This document shows positions 44,218-55,610 of a stretch of DNA of 64,000 nucleotides, piece by piece. The stretch's first letter is position 1; every line of letters begins with the position of its first letter. The stretch spans positions 62,001-126,000 of the forward strand of contig NW_003314409.1 in assembly GCF_000143415.4 (NCBI RefSeq), given 5' to 3'. The DNA comes from Selaginella moellendorffii. Its lineage: Eukaryota > Plantae > Lycopodiophyta. The notes beneath the pieces are model-generated. The model ran no database searches, was not told the origin of the DNA, and saw nothing but the letters and a program-made list of their open reading frames with translations. A program made the position numbers and the translations under genes.

Positions 44218-46839
44218 TTAAACGCATCCCAGCCGCCCGTTTACAAACTCTCCCGCCAAATTCAAATGCCCGCAGCGGTAGAGATGCGAGAGGAGAACGT
44301 ACGGCGAGGATTTGCTTGGATCCACAGCCATGGCGCGCTCCGCCGCTCGCTCGGCAGTGGAGACATCGCCATGGACTTTGCAGCCGCTGAGAAGGGTCGT
44401 CCAAGCGATGGAAGCTCTTGTTCTTGGCAGGAAACTCACCAATCTCTCGGCCTCGTCGATCCATCCCAATCGCCCAAAGAGATCCGCCAGGCAGCCCCAG
44501 TGCTCCACATTGGGTTCCATGCCGTGATCGCCTCTCATCACGAGAAACCACCGCCAGGCTCGCTCGATCTCTCCACTGTGGCTACACGAGAAGAGAACGT
44601 TGGTGAAGGTGATCTCGTCAGGCTCCATTCCTTCCAACACCATCCGCTCGAACAGCCGGAGAGATTCGTCGTAGAAACCATGCTGGCCGGAGACACCGAT
44701 CGCAGCGTTCCATGCCGCAGCGTCGCGCTCTGACAAGTTCTCGAAGACCATCTTCGCCTGGAGCCAAGTTCCACACGCACCGTAGAAGCAAACCAGCCCG
44801 TTTCCCAAAACTCTGGAGCTCGGAAGACCACGCTCGAGGATGTGGGAGTGAATCGTCCAGCCTTCTTTCTTCGCCCCCATTCTCGAGCAGGCGTGCAAGA
44901 GGTTGACGAAAGTGATCTCGTCCGGAGCTACACCCTCCAGTCCCATTCTCGCGTAGAGCTTGAGCGCTTCGTCGGCATAGCCAGCCTGAGCGTAAGCCGC
45001 CACCATTGTAGTCCAAGCCATCACGTCCTTGTAGGAGATTCTCTCGAAGGCTTCTCTCGCCTGGATCATGTCCCCGGACTTCACGTACATGTCGACCACG
45101 GCAGTTCCCACCAGAGTGTCAGCCTCCATCTCGGTGCCGACTATACAGGAACGATGGATCGACTTTGCGGCTTCCAGCGGATCAAGCTCCAGAGTGTTGC
45201 TGCTAGAACATCCGACTATGATGCTCACCATCGTAACTATGTTGGGAGTGATTCCTTCCACTTCCATCTGCTGGAACAGCGACACTGCCTGTCTGATTTC
45301 TTGCTGCTGGATGTAAGCTCCTAGCATTCCTGTCCAAGTGACGAGATTCCTGCTTCTCATCCTCTCAAAAATGGCTCTTGCATCTTCCACCATACCGCAT
45401 TTGCCGAACATGTTGATCAGTCCATTACAGACCACTGTGTCTCGATCGTAGCCACCTGAGACGATAAGCCCGTGAAGACACCGAGCTTCTCTTGTGCTTC
45501 CCAAGTCTGCGCAAGCCGAAAGAACCGTCCCGAAAGTAATCTCGTTCGCTGGTATGCCTTCGAGTTCCATGCGATGGAACAAAGCCAGAGCTTCGCGCGG
45601 GTGTCCACAGAGTCCACAAGCCGCGATGATGCTCGTCCAAGTCACGACGTTCCTCTCCGCGGTGGCCATGCTCTCAAAGACCGTTTTTGCGTCGCTCAAG
45701 CTCCCACACTTCGCGTACGTGTTGATCAAGCTATTTCCCACTGTAAGTTGCTGCTTCTCGAGGATCCCACTCGTTAGCACCAGGCTGTGGATCTCTCTGG
45801 CTTGCTTCAAAGCTCTGGCTTCAGCGCAGGCCCCGAGGATCGTGATGAACGTAACATCATTCGGTGCTACTCCCATTTTCTGGAACACTTCGTATGCATC
45901 GTGAAAGCGATCGAACTGGGCGTACGCTGCGATCATCGAAGTCCATGAGACTATGTTTCTGGAAGTAATCGAATCAAACACCGACCTTGCATCACCCAAG
46001 CTCCCACACCTGGCGTACATGTTGAGGAGCGTGTTCCCGATTGAAACATCCAGCTTCATCCTGCCATCACAAAACCGAGCGTGAATTCTCCTGCCTTGGG
46101 ACAAATCCTCTAGAATGGAGCAAGCACTAAAGACCGACACAAAGCTTACCCGGTCAGGCTTGAATCCTTGTTTCTCCATCTCGTAGAACAAGTCCACCGC
46201 CTCCCTGTAATGCCCGTGCCCGGAAAATGCTGCGATGATACAATTCCATGAGACAACATTCCTGCGATTCATCCCATCGAAGAACCTCTTCGCGTCCACC
46301 AAGCTTCCACAATTGCTGTACATGCTGATCAAGGAATTCGCGAGATTTAGCTCGAGCTCCACCTCTCCCGCGACGATCTGGGCGTGGATCTTCTTTCCAG
46401 TCTCTAGAAACTCGGCACTGGAGCAAGCTCCCAGAGTGTTGATGAAAGTCACGCAATTCGGCCTCACATCCATCGCGTGGAACAGCTCGATCGCCTCTCT
46501 CTCGAGCCTGTGACGAGAATACAGCCCGATGATGATGCTCCAGGAGAAGACATTCTTCTCCGCGATTCCATCGAACGCTGCTCGAGCTTCTGCCAAGCTC
46601 CCACACTTGCCATACATCTGGACGAGCGTATTTCCCAGAAGCGTCTCCGAATCTATCCCTGTTCTTGCGAGCTCGGAATGGATCCGTCTACCTTGCTCTA
46701 GATCGTCGCATTGCCGGAGGAGCCACACACTTGTGTCGCGATTGAGCCGCAACCCGGAAAGATCAATCCGATTGAGGTCCAGCATCTGGAGCGCCTGCCG
46801 CTGCATTGCCGATCCAAGGGATCGACGCATTGGGACCAT
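44218..46839 (-). CDS. PLS-class PPR protein, E-type C-terminus
   Basis: 873-aa intronless ORF with PLS triplets, HWGCLADLFGRLG, AWTTLLSGCKVHG and SPYVLLSHLY. Confidence 0.93.
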   Translation of the reverse strand: MVPMRRSLGSAMQRQALQMLDLNRIDLSGLRLNRDTSVWLLRQCDDLEQGRRIHSELARTGIDSETLLGNTLVQMYGKCGSLAEARAAFDGIAEKNVFSWSIIIGLYSRHRLEREAIELFHAMDVRPNCVTFINTLGACSSAEFLETGKKIHAQIVAGEVELELNLANSLISMYSNCGSLVDAKRFFDGMNRRNVVSWNCIIAAFSGHGHYREAVDLFYEMEKQGFKPDRVSFVSVFSACSILEDLSQGRRIHARFCDGRMKLDVSIGNTLLNMYARCGSLGDARSVFDSITSRNIVSWTSMIAAYAQFDRFHDAYEVFQKMGVAPNDVTFITILGACAEARALKQAREIHSLVLTSGILEKQQLTVGNSLINTYAKCGSLSDAKTVFESMATAERNVVTWTSIIAACGLCGHPREALALFHRMELEGIPANEITFGTVLSACADLGSTREARCLHGLIVSGGYDRDTVVCNGLINMFGKCGMVEDARAIFERMRSRNLVTWTGMLGAYIQQQEIRQAVSLFQQMEVEGITPNIVTMVSIIVGCSSSNTLELDPLEAAKSIHRSCIVGTEMEADTLVGTAVVDMYVKSGDMIQAREAFERISYKDVMAWTTMVAAYAQAGYADEALKLYARMGLEGVAPDEITFVNLLHACSRMGAKKEGWTIHSHILERGLPSSRVLGNGLVCFYGACGTWLQAKMVFENLSERDAAAWNAAIGVSGQHGFYDESLRLFERMVLEGMEPDEITFTNVLFSCSHSGEIERAWRWFLVMRGDHGMEPNVEHWGCLADLFGRLGWIDEAERLVSFLPRTRASIAWTTLLSGCKVHGDVSTAERAAERAMAVDPSKSSPYVLLSHLYRCGHLNLAGEFVNGRLGCV

Positions 46840-46916
46840 GGAAAATCCATAGGGAATGAAAGAACCCTAAGAACCATAGAGCAAAGAACCAAGAAGAATG
46901 CTCGCCATGCCTTTGG

Positions 46917-49900
46917 ATGCTTCCTAGGAATCGATGCGCTAGGCGATGGATCAGCACAGAGGCCAGCAGCGATGGCGCGCAGGGCTACCGCTCCCTGGTG
47001 CGCCAATGCGCGAGCGCGAGATGCCTGGTGGCGGCGAAGCGCGTCCATTCCCAGATCGCCAGGGCCGGGGTAGCTCTCGATCGAGGCACATTTCTCGGCA
47101 ATCTCCTCGTCCAAATGTATGGCGCCTGTGGAAGCGTGGCCGGCGCCATGGCCGCCTTCTCGGAGATCTCTCACAAGAACGTCTTCTCCTGGAATATCAT
47201 GCTCGCGGCGTTCGTCCAGAGCAAGGACATACACAGCACGAGGTTTTTCTTCGATACAATGCCGCATCGCAGTGTCGTGTCCTGGAACACGATGATCTCG
47301 GCACTTGCCCATCACGGGGATCTGGAAGAAGCTGGAAATCTCTTCGATTTGATGCCCGATCCAGACACGGTTTCCTGGAACACAATGATCCAAGCATACA
47401 CCAACGCTGGAAAAATTGATCTCGCTATAGCAATGTTTTATGAGATGAACAACAGGGATATAGTCTCCTGGACTGCCTTTCTGTCAGCAAATGCCCAAGG
47501 AGGGGATTTGGAGGAGGTAGCGCGGACCTTTGCTGCGATGCCGGCTTTCACAACCGCTTCTTGGAATGTGATGAGCCTCGCTTTCTCGCAGCACGGGCAT
47601 CTAGAAATCGCGCTCGAGCTCTTCGATCAGATGCCACAGCACGATATCATCTCCTGGACAGGCCTGATCCAATCCCTGGCAAATGATCAAGGCCGCCTGG
47701 ATGACGCGAGAGAGGCCTTCGGGCGAATGCCGGAATGGGACGATTCTTGCTGGAGTGCGATCATCCTGGGATGCATCCACAATGGCGATCTGGATGCCGC
47801 GATGGCACTCTTCGATGTGATGCCGTCCCAGTCGAGTAGCACCATCGCTTGCAATGCAATGATCCGGGCAAGGGCACAGCAAGGCGACGTCAAATCCGCC
47901 AAGAACATCTTTGATCGATTGTCGCAGCACAATCTATTCTCATGGAATTGCCTACTTGCGGGATTCATCCAATGTTGCTGTGATCCTTGGCCGCTCTTTC
48001 ATAAGATGCCCCAGTGGAACATCATCTCGCTCAACACAGTGATTGGCGTTGGAGTGGATCACACATTCTTCGCCCAGATGCCACAAAGAGATCTCGTGAG
48101 TTGGAACTCAACGATCCAAGCGTGCATCGCGAGTGGCAATGTAGAACTCGCGCAGCACACACTTGACAAGATGCCACAGTGGGATATTCTCCCCTGGAAC
48201 GCTATGGTCCAGGCATATACCCAGTGTGGAAACGTGTCAGCCGCGGAGGGAATCTTCCACGCCATGAGGCAACGCAACGTGGTATCTTGGACGTCCATGC
48301 TCCAGGCATATACCCAGGATGATATTCTCGAGGGTGCAAAGCTCTTGCTACACAGGTTCCCACAGTGGTCCACGGTGCCATGGAATCTCTTGATCCAAGC
48401 ATATTCTCGCGCTGGGGATATCCTGGAATCAAGGAGCTCGTTTGACGAGATGCTACAGAGGGACGTGATTTCGTGGTCGGGGCTTGTGGTTGGCTATGGT
48501 GCCGCGGCGAATCTTTCTGATGCGCTGGAATCTTTCGAGAGAATGCCTCAGCACGACCTCTTTGCGTGGAATTCGATGCTCCAAGTCTTCCTCGACAATG
48601 GTCAGCTTGAGCGAGGGATGGAGTTTTTGGATCGAATGCCGGAGGTGGATGTCACTGCGAAGAACGCGGTGATTGCCGCAACTGGAGATCTTGATGCCGC
48701 GAGAGAGTTGTTTGGAAGGATGATCCACAAGAATGTCGTGTCCTGGAACACGATGATCACTGCGTTTGCACAGCACAGCGATTCGAGGAACGCGAGAGCA
48801 GTGTTTGATGAGATGCCCGAGAGGAATGTGGTGTCGTGGAATGCGCTGATCGCGTCCTCTTGCCCCGAAACCCACCTCGTTTTCAATCAAATGCCACAGC
48901 ACAACTCCATGAGCTGGAATATGTTGATCCAGTTCCAGGCCGGCGAGGACCCATCCTCCGCAAAGCTCGTCTTTGGTCAATGTCCGGGAAGAAGCTCCGC
49001 GTCGTGGAATGCCTTGCTTCGAGCATATGCCGCGAGTGGGCATATCCACTCTGCGAGACAAGCGTTTGAAAGGATGCCCTTCTGGGACGCGATCTCCTGG
49101 AATTCCATGATTTCGGCATATGGAAGCAACGAAAAATGCGTTGATGCGAGAAACCTTTTCGATCAAATGCCAGTGAAGGGTGTTTTCTCGTGGAACTCGA
49201 TGATCTCTGCGTATACCCAGAACGGGCATAGCAAAGAAGCTCTGTGCGTGTTCCGGGAAATGGATCTGGAGGGCGTGAGAGCGGAAGAGATCACCTTTGC
49301 CACCGCAGTGGATGCATGCGCAGGGATTCCATCGCTGCGAGATGGGGAGGCAATCCATCGCTGCGCCGCGGATGAGGGCCTCGATTGCGATGTCGTGGTG
49401 GGATCAGCCTTGATAAACATGTACAGCAAGTGTGGTCGACTGGATCGAGCGAGGGGCTTCTTCGAAAAGATGGCGGTGAAGAACACAATCACTTGGAACA
49501 CGCTCATCACAGCCTATGCCCGGAATGCTCCCCCACAGCAAACTTTGCAGATCTTTCAGGAAATGCAGCAACACGGGATCGAGGCCGACGATGTCACAAC
49601 GGTGTGTGTGCTGCTCGCGTACAGCCATGGCGGGCTCGTAGCGGAGGGACTGAGCTGCTTTGTGTTTCTGGTGGCGGAGCATGGCATCCGGGCGACGATG
49701 GAACACTACAAGTGTGTCGCCGATCTCTTGTGTCGAGCGGGGCGAGAGGATGAGGCTCGAGAGCTGATTCGCAGCATGCCGTTTTACCCGGACTCTCTGG
49801 CGTGGATGATCTTGGTGGGATCATGCAAGAGCTCCTGGGAGGTTGGAGGAGCTGCGGCTCGTGCATTTGAGCTGGATCCAAGTGAAGGCTCGCTCTACGT

Positions 49901-49937
49901 CTTGCTCTCTAATCTCTGCAAGAACAGTGTATCTTAA
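46917..49937 (+). CDS. PLS-class PPR protein with a long run of short (SS-type) repeats, E-type C-terminus
   Basis: 1006-aa intronless ORF with ~31-aa units (MPQHDIISW, MPERNVVSWN), then HYKCVADLLCRAG and SLYVLLSNL. Confidence 0.93.
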   Translation: MLPRNRCARRWISTEASSDGAQGYRSLVRQCASARCLVAAKRVHSQIARAGVALDRGTFLGNLLVQMYGACGSVAGAMAAFSEISHKNVFSWNIMLAAFVQSKDIHSTRFFFDTMPHRSVVSWNTMISALAHHGDLEEAGNLFDLMPDPDTVSWNTMIQAYTNAGKIDLAIAMFYEMNNRDIVSWTAFLSANAQGGDLEEVARTFAAMPAFTTASWNVMSLAFSQHGHLEIALELFDQMPQHDIISWTGLIQSLANDQGRLDDAREAFGRMPEWDDSCWSAIILGCIHNGDLDAAMALFDVMPSQSSSTIACNAMIRARAQQGDVKSAKNIFDRLSQHNLFSWNCLLAGFIQCCCDPWPLFHKMPQWNIISLNTVIGVGVDHTFFAQMPQRDLVSWNSTIQACIASGNVELAQHTLDKMPQWDILPWNAMVQAYTQCGNVSAAEGIFHAMRQRNVVSWTSMLQAYTQDDILEGAKLLLHRFPQWSTVPWNLLIQAYSRAGDILESRSSFDEMLQRDVISWSGLVVGYGAAANLSDALESFERMPQHDLFAWNSMLQVFLDNGQLERGMEFLDRMPEVDVTAKNAVIAATGDLDAARELFGRMIHKNVVSWNTMITAFAQHSDSRNARAVFDEMPERNVVSWNALIASSCPETHLVFNQMPQHNSMSWNMLIQFQAGEDPSSAKLVFGQCPGRSSASWNALLRAYAASGHIHSARQAFERMPFWDAISWNSMISAYGSNEKCVDARNLFDQMPVKGVFSWNSMISAYTQNGHSKEALCVFREMDLEGVRAEEITFATAVDACAGIPSLRDGEAIHRCAADEGLDCDVVVGSALINMYSKCGRLDRARGFFEKMAVKNTITWNTLITAYARNAPPQQTLQIFQEMQQHGIEADDVTTVCVLLAYSHGGLVAEGLSCFVFLVAEHGIRATMEHYKCVADLLCRAGREDEARELIRSMPFYPDSLAWMILVGSCKSSWEVGGAAARAFELDPSEGSLYVLLSNLCKNSVS

Positions 49938-50504
49938 ATTCTAATATCTTCCACAAAAACTCATGAAGTAGCTGTTTCAGCAAATACTTCGTACATCGGT
50001 CGGTCTCATGCTTCTTGGCTTGTACGGTTTCTTACTTGTATCGGTTTTATCGGTTTGACACTGCAGGATTCTGTCTAGAAACTGTAATTCTCGTAGTGCA
50101 AGTAGGAAGCATCGGTGCAGAGGCAAGCACCCAGAGCCCGTGAAACGGCGTTTTTTTATGGTGTTTCTGGCCTCAACGAGACCGATTACCGCAGTTGCCA
50201 TAGCACTTAGCACGACCGTAAGTGATGTGTGGGGCGTCTCCAACGCTGGTGTAGATGAAAGAGTCCCTGCCCGTGTCATTGAGGAGATGTAGACGAGATG
50301 ATTCTGATTGGTGGCGGAGAAGCGATCTCTTTCTGTCCTCGGTGCAGTGATGTAGCTCTTGGCCTGCAACCATGGAAACCAGCCAGGCAACAGCCAACGG
50401 GCATCGAAGAAGCCATCAAGAGCAGCTAAGACCAACTCAGATGAAACAATATCCGAGCTGGAGCACACTGGAGCAGCACTTCTGGGGCGAGCGTCACTCT
50501 CGCC

Positions 50505-50880
50505 ACACCCTTTCGCCCAGCTTGGCTTTGTGGAGCGCGGACTCATCCCTCCTCTCACACATCCCCAGTTTGTATACGTCTTTTCCACGGAGTGCACGCC
50601 CAACGTCATCGGTGACCACAGACAAATTTGAAATTAGATGGTAATTGAGCACACCGCTGAAGACGAAGGCGTCGATGGTTAATTTGGCTTGCACAAATGG
50701 TAGTCATTGCTAAGAGCAAGATCACAAAGAACAAGGCTGCGGGCAAAAATGGCGAGAAATCTACAAAGAAGAGAAACTCTTGGTGGATCACCATATACCG
50801 CGATTTAACACGTAGATCGTGCTGCCATGATATTTCTTTTTGGATGAAAGTGGTCGTCGCAATTAAACAAGTACATACCA
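50505..50880. pseudogene. Rearranged germin-like relic with its two halves on opposite strands
   Basis: + strand PFAQLGFVERGLIPPLTHPQFVYV (~50510-50585). - strand signal region and IDAFVFSGVL plus GLP upstream motif GATGAAAGTGGTCG (~50645-50860). Confidence 0.7.
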
Positions 50881-51692
50881 TATCAATTTTGGTTTTGGAT
50901 TATCACATTCTAGTGATAACGTGAGCTTTGTGCATATAATATTGTACCAGGACTTGCCAGATGTTTTAGAATTTCCTGCTTACCTCAAGGGAAAGCCGGC
51001 TGGAGGAGGCACAGAAAGCCTATGCTGGACGAAAACAGCTTTTACAATGCTTGCCCCATGGCAAGAAGCCAACATTCAAGAGGCCACAATACTATTATGT
51101 TGGCAGGGAATTTGTTTTTTCCTTTCGTTGTTTCGCTTGTCTAATTGTTTTGTATCTTCAGGAATTCTCCACTGGATATGATTCCACATGCAATCAACTG
51201 GAAAGGACTTCCAGCGCCGCTATCCTTCTCGTCCCAGTCCTCATTCTTTTTCTCCATCTCCCGTCCCTCGCCACCCATGTCTGCCCCATGAGTTTGATGA
51301 TGGTCCTCCATCTGAGGAGGTAATATTTAATTTCTCTGTATTTTTGTGATTAGTGTATGTCTTTTTCGTTTCTGCAAACATTAGCTTCTTCGGCACGAAT
51401 GCTACAGCTTAGCTTGTTGAGAAATGTACAGCCCGAATATTATACTAGCTATCATAAAAAAAGCATTTTGATCACTGTCTCGGCCGGTCGCCAAAACGCT
51501 TCAGGATGCCCGGAAAGATCTCGCAGCGCTGGACATGGAAATCGCGGAGCTATGAGAGGTGACGGGTGACTTTAGCAGCGAGGCATACGATTCGATTTCT
51601 TTGTTCTTGGTCATAAGCTACATTAGCCGTAGGCGAAAGAGGTTATAAGAAAAAGTTAAAAAGATTTAGAATTAACCAAAATTGCTGGGGAG

Positions 51693-52808
51693 TCAAGCAC
51701 GTCCTTCACAGGGATCGTCCTCGGGCAGAGACCTGTCCGACTGAGTGTAGAGTGTGGAACGCACGGTTTCCTCTACAGTCCGGTAGGCTGAGGAGCCACA
51801 GATGTTAAAACGAGCCATGAAAGACCGACATAAGAGCATTACCAGACACGACGAACTTGTGCACGACATTTCCAATCGCTTGAATCTCCTTGTGGTGTGC
51901 AGTCACGAAATTGTTCTGTCGCACACACCATCACACAGCAGTGTCAGACAAAGCGCGGCTTGAAAGCTTTGTTTTCCTTCCTCTCTGGTTTTCTTTTTCT
52001 AATCTTTGTCGCACGCACGCACGCACTAACCATGTCGTTCCTGCTGGCATCAACAATTCGGTCCAATCGAGCTTGGTGCTTGACAAGGAAGTGGCGCACG
52101 TAGTTGAAGTACAGATACCTTACGCCCTGCCAAAACCATTTCGACATGAGATCACGCAGGGAAGGGCACGAAAACTGCGAACACCAGAGCTTACATAGTT
52201 GTTTGGTAGCTGGAGCCACATCAGGAATGCGAGCTTTGCATGATGGTAGAAGGGAAACCTGGAAAGAATCGAGAACTCGTAAATATCCAGAGAAAAAAAA
52301 AAGTACCATGATATCAGCTTGTCTGTAAACTTCTCCACGAGATTGAAGCACGCGTACACTGCGAGTCAGAACAAAGATTTAAATCATGCCAGAGCAAGAC
52401 GATATAGACTTCCTTTCCTTTTTTATTTCGCTCACGATTCATACCTGACCAGTAAACAAGCCATTGCTCTTGATCCTCTTGACACTTCTTCTCGAGCGCT
52501 TTGAAGCTCAGGTAGAAAGGAAATCCAAGCCCAAACGCGACACTGCCACAAAGAAAGTAGAAAAAGTGAGAAGAAAAAAGAAGGCCCACTACACCTGGCA
52601 GCTCGGACGAAAATGCTGGACGATCCAGGCGAGCAAAGCAAGCGCATCCCTAGCTGGAGCAAGAAACCGAGACAAAGATTCTAGGTCATTCACGGCGATC
52701 GATGATCATCATCCAAGAACGCGCCAGAAGCTGCGCCGCGATGATGGATCGAGTGCGCAAGCAAAGATTACAGGAGCCTACCTCGCGGCTGATCGCGGAG
52801 CTCGCCAT
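51693..52808 (-). CDS. HVA22K: HVA22-like protein k (TB2/DP1/HVA22, REEP family), multi-exon
   Basis: MASSAISRE|..RLLCSP.., GLGFPFYLSFKALE...EQWLVYW, FPFYHHAKLAFLMWLQLP, FLVKHQARLDRIV. Confidence 0.88.
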
Positions 52809-53033
52809 TGCCGATCAGCGCCGCCCTAGCCCTTGAAGCCTCTTCCATTCTCCATTCCACCGCCCCGCAGATACAAACCACCAAAAAGAGAAAATGATAA
52901 TTTTTAACCATAGGACATAGTGTCGTTAACTTCGGACATACATTTATTTCTAGCTAACAAAAATCGCTCTAACGACATTGCATGGGACGATTTCTTACTT
53001 GAAAGAAACACTCCACCAGCTCGCTTTCTCCTC

Positions 53034-55231
53034 CTAGATGTTTGGAGACCAGTCGAATGGAAAGTAGTTCACTCGGACGTTGGAATCCTCGAGCAGGCTG
53101 AGGAGGTGCTCGGCTTTGGTCGGATTGATGTGCTTGGCGATCCAGTGCAGCACTTCCCTCTCGTTCTTCCCGAAATCGCTGCTATACCTGGAGCGGATGG
53201 AGAGTGAGTGAAATGGAAATCGATACAAGTTTTCCCAGTTACCACTTCATGATCTTGCTGAGGGACATGGTCCTAGCTTCCGAGTCGATCGTGATCCCAC
53301 CGCTGTCAAAGAAGTCTCGCGCGGCGATCCGCAGCTCCGCGTCGATTCCTTCCGGGGAGTAGCACCGGATCGCTGGGCTGCCCTGGGTTCCATACGAGAG
53401 TGCAAAGTGGATCAGTGGTTCTGGCTTTTCCAGTCCGACCTGTTGATACGAGTAAGCTTCGATCGCAGAAGAATCAGCTGGAGTTACCTGGAGACGCGGG
53501 TCTTTTGCGCCAAAGATTTTGGTCAGTGTGTATGGCGGTCTCTGATTCGCACGAAGAATCCCGTTCTGAATCGCCGAAAGAGAGTATGCATACCCGCCAA
53601 TCACGTACTGGATTTCTGCGAAGTAAGTTCGTCTTTCCAGCGCTCCATTGGGACGGCCATACAGGATGAAGGAATGGATGACCATCGCATTGTGAATGTT
53701 CAGGAAGAAGGACAGCTTCTCTTCTCTGGTAAGCGTTGTTAAATCGATCCGGTGAAGCTCTTCAGTCAGTTTCACATATCTATAAAACGCAAGAAATCTC
53801 GTTAGCATAAAGAAACTTTTCTCGGCAAAACCAGCCAACCTTCGGAACTCTTCACTTGTCGCGATAGCATAGTAGTTGACATGCTTTCCATCGTCGGAGA
53901 TGTAACGATCATAGGTTGCAAGGATCAGAGTCATGAGCTTCTTGGCAACGTCGGCAGCTGGTTTCGGTTCCAAGTCGTTTGTGGCACCGAAAAAGTTGAG
54001 GCACTTGGTAGCAATAGCAGGATCATGTTCGAAGAAGCGGTACAAGTTGTTACCATCCTCAAACAAGTTCTCACTAAAAAAAAAAAAAGAATAAGGAGAA
54101 AAAGAAAGAGAAAACAAAGTCACAGAGACGTACTGTGCAACGTGATGGAAGAAGTGTTTTGCTGCAACTTTCCTTCCAAATTCAACAGCCTGCAAAACAT
54201 ATATATAGGTAAGCAACGACTAGAAATCTAATGAAGAACACACGAACCTCGTCTTTTTCACAGTACTGATCTTCCGCAAAAACCTCCACTGCATCCGAGC
54301 CTAGAAAGCATTTGCTGTAGAGACGAAGCTTGAGGAACCTGTCTTTGAGCTGGACCTTCTCTCTGAGTTTCTGGACAACCTCCGCAAACTCGTCTGGAAC
54401 CGCATTTTCCGATTCCTCTTCAGAGTGAACCGGAAGACCTGGAGCCGATTCTGGGCATGGATTCTCCTTCACCTTTTGGATTTTCTCATCGAGCTCTCCG
54501 TTTTGCTGCAACAGATTGAGCTCCTCCATACCACCCACAAGCTCGTCGTTGAAGAAAAGCTGTGGAACAGACGATGTTCCAGTCCTCTCCTCCAGATCCA
54601 AGCCTCGCTGAGGGAACAAATCCAGGTTGATCTCTACGAACGGGAGGTGCTTTGTCCTCAGGAACGATCGGACAGCCTTGGAGTCCGGGCAACCTGACTT
54701 GGAAAAGAGCGTAATTCTCCCCGTCACGCTCATCTCATCCTCGAATTCACTGATAGATTTCCCCATTGGCTCTTGCTCATTCGGAACGTTGGGCTTGAGA
54801 AAGCTTAGCGTGGGCCACCGTTGTTTCTTCTCGTCCGGCTTCACTGGGTCCTCGCTACTATGTGTCTCCACTGCCTGTTCCAGATCTTCTTTCTTCCCGG
54901 ACAACCTCCGGATCACCTTGGAGACGACGATCCCTCTTTCTTTGACGAAATTCTTCAAGGCGGCAGCTTTTTCCGGCCAATCCACCCCTCCCTTCTTTTC
55001 ATCAGCGACCCCTTCCAACGATTCCGAAAGATTCACCTCCTCCTTCCGAGAATCCAGCTCTTCTTCCGGCAAATCTTTCAGAGTGCCCTCCTCTTCGTTC
55101 TTCGAGCCAGCATCCCCCGCGGATTCTCCCTCGGCCACGAAAAAGTCCTTGGCGACCTCTGTCTTCTCATCTTGCGCTGGCGCTGCCGCCGACCCCGCCG
55201 CCGCATCGTCTTTCACCTCCGCCGAATCCAT
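53034..55231 (-). CDS. Glutaredoxin-DEP-DUF547 domain protein, multi-exon
   Basis: Grx (GCPDS, SSVPQLFFN), DEP (CFLGSDAV, FEDGNNLYRF), DUF547 (EKLSFFLNIHNAMVIH, EPLIHFAL, LSKIMKWYSSDFG). Confidence 0.9.
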
Positions 55232-55610
55232 GCCGCGTCGATCAGGATTCAAGAACACACCATTTCAAGAACGCCGATGCCTGCACAAATCCTGGATCTC
55301 CGAGACTCGCACAACAGTGCCATTGGCAAAATCTTACCTCGCCGCAACGCGAATCGACCGATCGTGCCTCAGATCCAGAGCCCGGCCACAGGACCGAGGA
55401 GAAAGACAGGCGCTGGCTTTGCCGCCTAGGGTACTACCACACAGCCAGCTCCTCGCCTAACTGAGAGAGTACATAACGGCAGAGAGTCGCAGGCTCGAAT
55501 CCCTTCCCCCAGAGATATTTGGGAGCGCGGGAGAATTAAAAGTGACCGTTGATTGGTATAAACTGGATTCGAACCTCAAACCTAGTCTACTAGGGCATTC
55601 GCTCCAAGTG

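Noticed and set aside
49977-51570. 210-aa ORF 49977..50609 and small ORFs to 51569
   Set aside because: No recognisable domain, and partly antisense to the germin relic.
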